The notes under the pieces: model-generated
The model's input: the letters and a program-made list of their open reading frames with translations, nothing else
The model's database searches: none
What the model was told of the DNA's origin: nothing
Part shown: positions 53,021-63,678 of the stretch, in pieces
Position numbering within the stretch: the first letter of the stretch is position 1
Layout of the letters: every line of letters starts with the position of its first letter
Translations under genes and position numbers: made by a program
Origin: Neoechinorhynchus agilis
Taxonomy: Eukaryota; Animalia; Acanthocephala
Length of the DNA: 64,000 nt
Assembly (NCBI GenBank): GCA_051530055.1
Contig: CM121341.1
Span: 10,146,784-10,210,783 of the forward strand
Reading direction: 5' to 3'

Positions 53021-53134
53021 TCTGAGAGCTGGACATTTAAAATACGCTAGAGACAAGCTCTCACCTTGTTGAGCATTTAAAAACAATAACTCTGGAAGAA
53101 TTCACAATAAAAATAAACAATTGAAAACAAAAAC

Positions 53135-53298
53135 TTTTGGTCAACATACATTCGGTCATAATTTATTTGAGATATTTCGAAGGAGGTAATTTTGCCCCGT
53201 CAGTCATTGCTTGTAAGTTTGTAAATATTTAAGTTACCTCCTGGCGAAATATCTCAAATAAATCAAATAGGTTATGACCGAATGTATGTTCACCAAAG
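53135..53298. repeat. Foldback element family 2
   Basis: TTTGGTCAACATACATTCGGTCATAA/TTATGACCGAATGTATGTTCACCAAA arms; homologous to 54679-54907 and to a solo arm near 45235-45303. Confidence 0.85.
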
Positions 53299-53321
53299 TT
53301 TACATTGATTAACCCGAGGGC

Positions 53322-53495
53322 ATGTGAACGTGGGGAAAAATTATATATCCAAGATGACTTTTATTGAAATATTTTGTCCAATCACGCTGGACTTCTTCAG
53401 TCAATTATTGCTTAAGTTTTTAAATATCCGAGCGTGATTGGACGAAATATTTCAATAAAAGTCATCTTTGATATAATTTTTCCCCACGTTCACAT
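53322..53495. repeat. Foldback element family 3
   Basis: Arms of about 70 bp ATGTGAACGTGGGGAAAAA.../...TTTTTCCCCACGTTCACAT. Confidence 0.85.
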
Positions 53496-53551
53496 ACTCA
53501 TGGATTTTATCTTTAACTAACCCGAAGGATTTTGTCGATGAAAACAGCGTT

Positions 53552-53986
53552 TTACGGCTTAACGGCTCGTTTATTCTTTACTTCATCCGTTCGATGGGTT
53601 CCATCACACAAAGGTCTCGCGTTTGTATGCTTACAATTGCAGAACCATACAAATTTGTCATCATCTGCCACGTACCGGATCGGTCTATACTTGTATACTC
53701 CGGGTTCCTTGACTTCCTTTGAGTTCCAAAGCTTTTTGTGGCTCATATCACAGAATGGCTGGGTATTGCTGTGTCCACATGAGCACCAGAGATACACGTT
53801 ACCTTTTTTAACCGGATACTTGAATGGTTGCTTTTCGTAGACTCGACCGATTGGTGGACCATGTAAAGAGTATTCATTCTCAAAATGAGGAGATTCCGGA
53901 TGTGTTTGGGTTATCCACGTCGAACGTGGTTTCCTCGGTCTTGTTCGGTGAAAAAAGCGTAAACAACACTTGATTGCAAATAACAT
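53552..53986 (-). CDS. CISD3: CDGSH iron-sulfur domain protein 3 (MiNT), intronless
   Basis: Two CDGSH domains WCSCGHSNTQPFCDMSH and WFCNCKHTNARPLCDGTH; presequence-like MLFAIKCCLRFFHRTRPRK. Confidence 0.92.
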   Translation of the reverse strand: MLFAIKCCLRFFHRTRPRKPRSTWITQTHPESPHFENEYSLHGPPIGRVYEKQPFKYPVKKGNVYLWCSCGHSNTQPFCDMSHKKLWNSKEVKEPGVYKYRPIRYVADDDKFVWFCNCKHTNARPLCDGTHRTDEVKNKRAVKP

Positions 53987-54009
53987 TATCTGAAATTGGT
54001 TATAGATAT

Positions 54010-57000
54010 ATGGTGGAAGCAGCGTTCGGTCCACGTGATCGAAGTCCATTAGCACTACCGGATTTGCGGAGCCTCAAAATCGTAAGTGCTTTAAAATTAG
54101 AGCGGATAAGAGCTTTAAGTGTTCTAGGACAAAGAGGATGTCGCGTTCGAGGAAGAGATCCTTCGAAATCGATTCAGTGTAAGATCATGGCTCCGATATG
54201 TAGATCATAAGCAGCTCTCTGATCTTGGGGAATTCCATCCCGAAACAGTTGTTGCTGTGAGTCAAATATATGAGCGAGCTTTAGCCGAGTTCCCTTTTAG
54301 GTAAGCGGTTTTCACCCCTTAAATAATGGCGATTCGGTTTAAAAGAAACCGGGAAGAGAATGCCTTGAATCCCCACGATTTTCACTCCTTGCTGCGATAT
54401 TCCTTTCAGTTTCTCGTCACTGCGAACTGGAATCCTCATCGGTTACTACAGACTCAAATTCTTCGTTCGCTTTTTCGCCGTCAAATGGCATTTGTATTCA
54501 AAGCTAGAAAGGAGGAAATAGTGTAGACTTTTTCCGTCGTAGTATAATGTGGAAACCTAACGTCCATTTAATGCTCCATGACCAGTAATCACATTTGCAG
54601 AGTTTCCGAAAAAAAGTGACGCAAATTTGATGGATTCCATAAACATATCTAGGCTCTATCTTTACATAAATTCCTTTTATAATTTTGGTGAATATACTCC
54701 CGATCATAACCTATTTGATTTTGATTTATTGGAAATATTTCGAAGGATGTAACCACGCCTCATCAGTCATTGCTTGTAAGTTTTCTACAATAGAAAACTA
54801 GAAAACTTGCAAACAATGACTGATGAGGCGAGGTTACCTCCTTCGAAATATTTCCAATAAATCAAAATCAAATAGGTTATGACCGGGAGTATATTCACCA
54901 AAATTATACTTAGACTTACCCAAAGGATTTTCTATCGAAAATTCCTTTTAGTTACAAGATTTGGTATAATTATATTCTCTACCGAGTGAAAGAATCAAAC
55001 CGGCACAAACCCGATGAACTAGGAGTTTTCCAGGGAGTCAATAATCTATTCGAAAGGAGTATTGTTTTCATGAATAAAGTGAGTGAGATTTGGGTTTTTT
55101 AGTGATTATGCATTTCTTAAGATGCCGAGAATTTGGATAGAGTACATTCGGTTTTTGTCGGATCAATGCAGCATAACCCGTTGCCGGCGAACGATTGATC
55201 GAGCTTTAAAATCACTTCCAGTAACTCAACATGAGCGAATTTGGCCTCTGTACATAGACCTGGTCACATCGCATCTCATACCAAACACTGGAGTTCGGGT
55301 ATTCAGACGATATTTAAAGGTAAGTTTAAAAATTGCAGCCTAAATCGAGATTAGTATCCGGTTTGTTCGATAAATCAATATACACGAACAAATTCTTATT
55401 AAAATTATTGTTTAGATCTTCACAGGCGGTAAATGATTATTTATTAAAGACGTTCTCGGAACCTTGTTGGGCTCATCATCAGTTTGCTGGTCATCGAAAG
55501 CGTCTATTACTAACAAACTGATGATGAACCCGACGAGGTTCTCAGAACGATTTTAATCGAAATAATCATGTACCGGGTGAAGACTTCTAAACAATAATTC
55601 CAATCTCATTCCCTCTACCTCACATATCGACAAATTCTTAATTTGTTGTTTTCCCTTTTAAGAATCAAGCCAACATTTTGACAAAACCCTTCATGTACTT
55701 TTGTTGAAAATTCCAATTTAGTTATTTCCGGAACGTGCTGAAGAATACATCAATTATTTGAGAGACGTGCATTCAAAGCTTGGAAGCGAACGGTGCAGAG
55801 AGTTAGACACGAACATTCTCGAGGAGACGATACTAGATAATTTTTTGTTCCAGGGATGCTTTCGCTTAACAAAAGGTTATCAAGTTTAAGAGTTTACCTC
55901 GATCTGCTAAATGACCAGAAATTCATGTCGAAAGAAGGCAAATCTAAGCATCAAATATGGACTGAGATGTGTGAGTTGATTAGTGAAAACCCACTTGATT
56001 TGCCAAGTGTAAAATTCGAGCCGATTATAAGACAAGGGATCCGGCGATATAAGGAGCAGATCGGAATTCTTTGGAACTGCTTGGCGAGCTATTACATTCG
56101 CAAAGGATTTGACGAAAAAGCTCGTGATATCTATGAAGAAGCGCTGGTTTCAGTCTCCACTATCCGGGATTTTTCCCAAGTATTTGATGCTTACTCTTTG
56201 TACGAAGAGAATTTTCTAACGAAAATGATTGAGCATGCAAAGCGTGATAATGAAGGAAAACTTACGGAGGAACAAGACCTCGAAATGGAACTAAGGCTAA
56301 CTCGAATGGAATATCTAATGGATAGAAGACCTCTGTTGCTGAATAGTGTTCTACTTAGGCAGAATCCTCATAATGTTTGCGAATGGTTAAGACGGGTGGA
56401 TCTAATGCAAGGAACTTCTCCAGAACAGGTAAAGATCTTAGCTTAACTTTTGTTATTGTCATATATTCAATTTAGATTGTTCAAACGTTCAATGAAGCTG
56501 TACAGACAGTTGATCCAGTTCTGGCAATCGGACGCGCGGAGAAACTCTGGATTGAGTTTGCTACTTTTTACGAGAAGGCCAACAAGTTAGACGAAGTAAT
56601 TCTGGGAACGGTTTAAATTTTTAAGGGCTGTGGTTGTTGTTTGATATGATGCCTAAAAGACTCAAGTTTGCAATCTGTTTTAAAGCCTTGTTTCGGCACT
56701 TTAACATATCCATAATTTTTGATGACCACGAAGTCTTTTTATACTGCATAACAAAGTAGGGAAATGAGTATATATTTTCTCTATGAGTTAATCCTTCATG
56801 ATAACGAGTAGGGCATTTAACAGCTAATATGTTTTACTTTCGTTTTGTTAGTTTTGCCACTTCTCCGATTTAAATTCACTAGTTCATTTCCTCGATATTT
56901 CACGTCGGATAATTCCGACATTTCCTCAAGGTTTTTCATTGTTATCAGAGGAAAATGCAAGTAAGTTTTGTGAATTTAAATCCGAGGGGTGGCAAAACAA

Positions 57001-58859
57001 CAACAAAAAGTTTCCTTTTCCCATCAATATTTTTTAGTTGGAATCACGGAATATTCTAGAGCTCCTTTATGGTTGAGTGGAATTTCATAGAAAAAATACT
57101 TATCGATTTGTATATACGACATTCACGGCAACGCGAATCCTATCAGGATTTAATTATGGATGCTGGACTCAGCGTGTGTTTTTCCTGGTTTTAAATGAAC
57201 TAAATTCGCTGATAAATTCAATTTTTTAACAAATAATAACACTTAATTTCATAGGCCGATAAAGTATTTTCCCGAGCTACTGAAGTCAATTTTAAGAACG
57301 TGGATGACCTAGCCACGGTTTGGTGTGAGTGGGCAGAACTGAAGTTAAGACAAAATAATACACCAGAAGCAATCCGCGTTCTCGAAAGAGCAACTACAAT
57401 AACTTCCGATGGACGAAGAATCGATTATTTCGATCAATCGCAGCCAGTTCAGAAACGATTGTGCAAAAACATCAAAGTCTGGTCGATGTATGCTGACCTT
57501 GAAGAAAGTTTAGGAACATTCAAGACGTGCAAAGCTGTCTATGAGCAGATTATCAACCTTCGGATTTGCACCCCTAGGATTATTATGAACTACGGTTGTT
57601 TCCTCGAGGAAAACAATTACTATGAAGACGCGTTCCGAGCCTACGAAAAAGGGATTAGCTTATTCCAATGGCCAGTAGTGTTCGATATATGGCTCGTCTA
57701 TCTGACTAAATTCATTACACGATATGTAAGTTTAAAATGGCCGTGTTGTGTAGAATGTTTTTGTTAAATTTTTAAACAACGTCCCCAAGTAATATGCAAT
57801 TTTCTTAGGATTTGGCACGAGGATTTTATTGTGATTCTGGGAATTTTTCTTTGCTGAAAATTAGCGAATTGCTTCGATTATTCTGTGGACGAAACCCCTA
57901 AACGTCTTTAACCATTGACGAAATTCTATTTGGTAAAGCTAAACTTATTACCATAAAATCATTTTTAAAATAACACACGAATGAACTCATTGTCCCGAAA
58001 TAGAAAGGAACAAAGCTGGAAAGGACTCGAGACTTGTTTGAGCAATGTATTGGATCATGTTCAAGTCCGAAATTTTCGAAACGTAAGTTTTAGTAGTTTA
58101 TTTCTACATATAAAAGACGATCTTCACCGCCCAATAGCAATATATCTATTGTATGCCAAATTCGAAGAGGAATTTGGACTTCCAAGACGTGCCCTTCGTG
58201 TGTATGAAAGAGCAGTCGATGCAGTTTCAATAGAAGAAAAATTCGAGATCTATAAAGTCTATTTGTGCCGAACTTGTGATCAAAATGGGATTACGGCTAC
58301 CCGTCCAATCTACGAGAAAGCCATAGAGGAACTACCGGACGATGAAGCTCGACAACTCTGTCTCCAGTATGCCGAAGTTGAACGGAAATTGGGAGAAATC
58401 GATCGAGCTCGTGCGATATACTCCCATTGCAGTCAAATGTGTGATCCACGAGTGACTCCTGATTTCTGGCAAACTTGGAAGGAATTTGAGATCAAGCATG
58501 GAAGTGAAGATACTCTTCGAGATATGTTGCGAATCAGAAGATCAATTCAAGCTACTTATAATGTTCAGGTGAATTATATGACTGCTCAAATGATGGCTAC
58601 TGCGGGTCAAAGCGCTGTGACAGCTTCAATGGATCCAATGGAGTTACGAGCTGCCAAGATCGCAAAAGAGATTGTTGAAAATAGGGCTCGGTCTGGCGAT
58701 TCTTCACACGTTAGTTTCGTAAGTGGTGGAGTCGAGGGAGGAAAGGAGGTGGAAGATGAGAATCCGGAGAGGATAGTGCTAAGAAAAATTGATGATGTCG
58801 AACAAAAAGAAGTTCCTTTGAAGATTAGGCGTATTGAGAAGAATGTGGTCAATAAATAA
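54010..58859 (+). CDS. XAB2: Pre-mRNA splicing factor SYF1/XAB2 (HAT repeats)
   Basis: FEEEILRNRFSV, MPRIW, LLLNSVLLRQNPHNV, DDLATVWCEWAE, RARAIYSHCSQMCDPR, HGSEDT. Canonical introns at about 54082-54127, 54301-54951, 55079-55121, 55321-55721, 56429-56476, 56596-57254, 57726-58003 and 58083-58137, plus one atypical interruption near 55830-55888. Confidence 0.95.
54679..54907. repeat. Foldback element family 2, near-perfect palindrome inside an XAB2 intron
   Basis: Arms of about 105 bp ATAATTTTGGTGAATAT.../...ATATTCACCAAAATTAT. Confidence 0.9.
55403..55599. repeat. Foldback element family 1 inside an XAB2 intron
   Basis: Homologous to 5658-5858; inverted arms contain CATCATCAGTTT/AAACTGATGATG. 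Confidence 0.85.
56850..57005. repeat. MITE-like inverted repeat in an XAB2 intron
   Basis: TTTTGCCACTTCTC-GATTTAAATTCAC / GTGAATTTAAATC-GAGGGGTGGCAAAA. Confidence 0.7.
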
Positions 58860-59439
58860 GAATGTGCATCGCAAAATGAAATTTTTGTCTCTCTATCCTT
58901 TTTCAAAACTCTCAGCGACAAAAACTTAAATTTTAAGCTTGAAAAATTGAATTGTTCATCTTGTTTTTTATATGGCGCAAAATAATTGAATTTATTAAAT
59001 CCGATTGTTTCGGCGCATAAACGTTGTAAATTAATCTAATCGACTTTTGTTTGGTAATTTTGCCACAAAACGTACAAGCAATGGCAAATATTGGAAACCG
59101 AGGTGGCAAAGCTGCAAAAAAACTACCTTTTTCACGTCGAATATAATAATCCCAGTAACCTAATCGATTTCAATTTTGCCTGCCATATAAAAACACTTAA
59201 ATTTAAAGATAAAAGACACGTAAACAAGCCACAATGATTTATGTCGTCTAATCAGCGGAAATGCAAGAGAAGACTTCTTAAATGATTATTTTAGGAAATC
59301 GCCTTAGCGGATACTTTGTTTAGGTTTGAATTTTCTACTAAAATCGGTCAGAAACCCTCTTATTCGAATTATTATTGTTTCTCGGGATCCTCCAAAGCCA
59401 CTGAGAGATATAGAGTTCAAGAGATGTGGTGATCATAAT

Positions 59440-60000
59440 CAATCGTCAGGATAAACCACGTAATTTATTGAGAGATCGTTAAATTCTACCCCCTCTCGGG
59501 TGCTGAGGACCGACCAAAATAAAAACGTTTGAAGATTGAGTTTTTCATGCAAGTTTTTATATTTTCTTTTAACCTGAAGGCGTCGCTCCAGATCCTTCAG
59601 AAGTTGAAGAGCCTCACTACCAAAAGATCCGTAGGTCTCAACCCCAAAAGGTGTAAACAAATGGGCTAAATCGAGGTATTTCGCCATTTTCCGTCCTTCC
59701 GCAGCGCTCGCTGTACCTCCAGCTTGAACCACCGAGAACTTTGGATTGCTGGCCTTGAGTGTATCGACACAAGTGGCGTCCCAGAGGACGTATTTACCCT
59801 CCTGCGACGGAAATACGATCACCCCATCAGGTCTACGCCCGTCGTCCCTACAGAGGTTGGCAGGTTAAAAATTCATTTTGAAAAGTCGCTTTCCAATTCG
59901 ATTCTAAAACTAATATCAATAATCCGTAGTTCTCAACTCCAGGGCTAAATCGAGGTATTTCGCCATTTTCCGTCCTTCCGCAGCGCTCGCTGTACCTCCA
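59440..60000 (-). mobile_element. CRE-clade RLE fragment with a short internal duplication
   Basis: VFPSQEGKYVLWDATCVDTL...FTPFGVETYG; about 59663-59725 is repeated at about 59942-60002. Confidence 0.8.
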
Positions 60001-60085
60001 ACTTGATCTTCAAAAGTGTTCTTTCGAGGAAAAATAGTTTTTAAGCAGCCACGTATTCTGATGGTTCACGCTCAATCTTTCAATA

Positions 60086-62439
60086 ATGTTATCCGACGAA
60101 GAATTCGCAGTTAACCTCCTGACTCCGACGAACGTTAAATTTAAACAGTTGACGAATGTTCAAGCTTTGGCCTTGGAAGGGCGATTCCATGAAGCTTTAT
60201 GTGAGTTGTGGCCGGATTATCACGACAAAGAGACGTTTCCCATTCAAGAGGATGTTCAAACGGCTATAATTGCATTGCAAGTATTTGTCCATTCGAACTA
60301 TTACAGCATCGATTTTACTCCAACCGAAGAATATACATGGACTTTTATTGACAATGAGCCAACTAAATATCCTTTGAAACATCCACATCTTCTTCATAAA
60401 AGTAGAGAAATTCTAATGAATGAAAAGAAAAAATGGTGGTTATTGCGGGTTAGTATAGTTTGTGCCGATCTTTTGAATGAACCGACCGATCGATTGATAC
60501 AAACAGTCCGTGAAATTTTAAACACCGATTCAGATAATCATTTGTTCAATCTTGAACTATTTAGTGGTCTTGCTCGACTACAAATGTGGACGGATGCTGA
60601 GCAAATTCTCAAGACCCGTTTAGTTGAACGTTCTCGTTTTTCTATTTGTCTTAAAGGTGTGTTGGGAAAGCGATCTAAGTATCAGACTCATGATATTGCT
60701 CAATTGGTTGCTAGTGCTGTTTGGAAGAAGTTCGAGGACACAACTTGGAATTGGGTGGATAGTCGGATGGAAGCGTTTGAGACAATAGGAGACGATGTTT
60801 GTTACGGTACGCCAATGTTCGCCAATCTTACTACTGACAACAACAATCATGAGGTCGACCTTAGCTCTCTTGAACAATGTCTGATGATTAATATTGCACT
60901 TCTAGAGGAAGCGATCGGCATTCGAGGAGGTGAAGATATCGACCGGGAAAGTCTGCTGGCTTATCTGGACGTTTTGAACAATACGAAATGCGTGTTTGAG
61001 GTAAGGAGGTGCATTATGTGGAGACGATGTAAAATCGACGCAAGGCAACTTAAAGACGCTTAGTATTGTGGTTTACGATAAAGGGACAATATTTTTATAA
61101 GTGATAATTGCAGAATCTGAGAAATCCGAATTTTTGTTGGGGGGGGTCGGGCCCGTCTACTCAACCTCTTTTATCAAATTCTTTATTTTCTTTAATAGAA
61201 TAATTAAATTCCACAATGCCGCATAGAGAAAAAACAAGACTTTTACAAAGATGTCTGCTTCAACTCGAATCGATTTCTTCGACTATGCTGAATCATCCGC
61301 CTGCTTTACTCCACTATGCGATTCCAGCTCCTCTTTGGATCGAAGTTGAACTGTTTCACGGTTCCGTATGTCAAACGGCTGGTCTATACAACGAAGCCTC
61401 ACTGATTTACTCGAAACTTAGGACTGAGCACGGAATCGATACATGTGTTCAAGAGGTTGATTGTCTTCGTAGAACAGGGCACACTGAACACGCTCGTGCT
61501 CTAATTGAACAGAATCTTAAAAAGAACTCAAACCAACCTGAATTAGTACGATCTCTTGGTGAACTTTGTAAAGATATTGAACTTTTGGAAAAGGCCTTTG
61601 AGCTAAGCGGTAACAGGGATGCTCAATGCCAGCGTAGTATTGGAAAAATCCTTTTTGATCAGAAACGGTACTCGGGTGCGATCGATGCATTTGAGAAATC
61701 TCTTCATCTAAATCCAGCGCAGCTGAACGTTTGGCCTTCACTCGCGTTGGCAGCGATGAGAACCGAACGTTGGACAGTGGCGATTAACGCACTAGAACAA
61801 TCTTGCAATTGGGATCCAGAAAGGTATGACCAATGGGCAAATTTGGCACTGTGTGCATTAAAGCTAGGACAGAAAAACAGAGCTCAACGGTTGACAAAGA
61901 ATGAAGCCATCAGACTAGATTACGACAATTGGCGCCTCTGGGAAAACCTATTGGCTCTCTCTGTTGATATTGGCAAATGGGAAGATGCCATATTGTCCTA
62001 TAGACGTTTATTGGAACTTAAACCTCGATACTCAGATGTGGAGTTTCTACAGTTGATTTCTGATCGTTTAAAACTGCACGACAAGGATCAAAAGATTAGA
62101 GCAGAATGGATAGCTTTGCTAAAACGCGTTTCTCAATTATCGAATACGGACTATAAAGTACTAGAAATCTTAAGCGATTGGGACGATCGCAATGATGAGA
62201 AGCAAAATTGGATGCAAAAAGCGTTGGCACAGTTTCTGAGTTTATACAACAACAACTCAGATTGGACCTCTGAAGTGAAACGTCTTTTCACAAAAGCCAC
62301 CGGAGTATTCAAAGGTGATCGACAGAATGTTCAGAAATTAAAGGTAAAAATTGATTTGGCAATTGCTTTGGCTATGAAACATGAAGATAAGGATGCAGTT
62401 GTTAAGTGGCTAGAGGAATTGCGAGAAAATGAGCTGTAA
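60086..62439 (+). CDS. TTC27: Tetratricopeptide repeat protein 27; two coding blocks
   Basis: GVLGKRSKYQTHDIAQL resembles TTC27 GALGKRTRFQ; TPR run FEKSLHLNPAQLNVW...YDNWRLWENLL. Confidence 0.8.
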
Positions 62440-62841
62440 ATTGTTTTGTCAAGTTTTTAACTTTATGAATAGTGTTTGTCGTAACGTGAATTCAAAACAC
62501 AAAAACGGGGCCCCAAAGTTACAAAGGAGAATCTAAGCGATGATATTGAACTCTTAATCATTTCGGAAGATTTCTTTAACATGCAAATTCAGAGATGTTT
62601 AATTTCTCTTTTCCATCTTTTTGGCCATCACATGAGCATCTTTAGTTGTTATCTTTAAAGCTCAACAATATGAATATTTTTAGTGTGGAGCATCCATTCA
62701 CCACATTTATAGTTCATTAGCTTACTTTTGTCCTTTTATTTCTAGGCGGTACAAATGTTTACTCACAAGCTCGCATTTCATACTGAAAAGTTGCTAAAAG
62801 CTGTCTGTGAATTCTGACCGTCTCGAAAGCTTTTAATAGCT

Positions 62842-62885
62842 ATTAAACTGATGATGAACCCGAAGAGATTCGAAACCTCTTTAAT
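62842..62885 (+). ncRNA. Degenerate minimal type I hammerhead ribozyme motif (Penelope type)
   Basis: ATTAAA-CTGATGA-T-GAACC(CGAAGA)GATTC-GAAAC-CTC-TTTAAT: 6-bp stem I and intact core; one stem II mismatch and GTC>CTC relative to sister copies. Confidence 0.6.
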
Positions 62886-63678
62886 AAAAATTTATTTATC
62901 AGGTAAGGATCTAAATAAAAGTTCTATTGTTAAGTTTTTCAAAAACGCATTTTCACCTTTGTATTAATTAAAAGAAAGTAGCGGTATTTATCGTTTGTGT
63001 ATGTGGCTGGTAACATTTCGATTGTATTTTAGATGATTATTCCTACACAACTGATTTCTCTTGGGCACACAGCCTCTTGATTTGGGTCAGGGAATCGCAT
63101 AAAATCCCTTAATACCCCGGAGGGATGAGTACAAACTCATAACCGTATGTTTCAGGGTTTTAAAGTGATTTTATGTGTTTGTCTGACCCAAGTCGGTGGT
63201 AAGGATGAATTTCATGTAATGGTATATGCGAAAGTGCTCTCATTTTATTTTCCCAACCCATTTTGGCAATAACAGGATTCCTTCATTAGTATAACTTTAG
63301 AGAGGTGGCAGAAACCTTCTACCTCTTCCTATGAATTATGCTTTGTTCTCAAAAGAAATGTCTAGACGTTCCGTGCAAGCCTGTGAGGTTTCCAGTGGTG
63401 CACAAATGTAAGCCTCGGAGGTAGGCGCAAATCGAAATTGTGGAAACTACTTCCTTTTTGAAAAATCTCTCCGCGCCTCAAAAGTAAACTTTTAGCTTCT
63501 CCAAGAAGTCATTCAAACTCTAAGACTTCACAATATTGCTTATATTATTCGACATTTAGCGACCCATTTCGTCATTTAATAGAATCATTTCCGACTTTTC
63601 TTTAACCAACGCCTGTGTATGATCGTCGTTTCCCGAGTTTTTGTTTTTGATGAAATCGAAGATTGCAGACGGTTTGCC

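Noticed and set aside
8631-58921. Many 60-140 aa ORFs antisense to or overlapping real genes and retroelements (e.g. 8631-9041, 9770-10084, 29084-29368, 58607-58921)
   Set aside because: Shadow ORFs with no recognisable homology.
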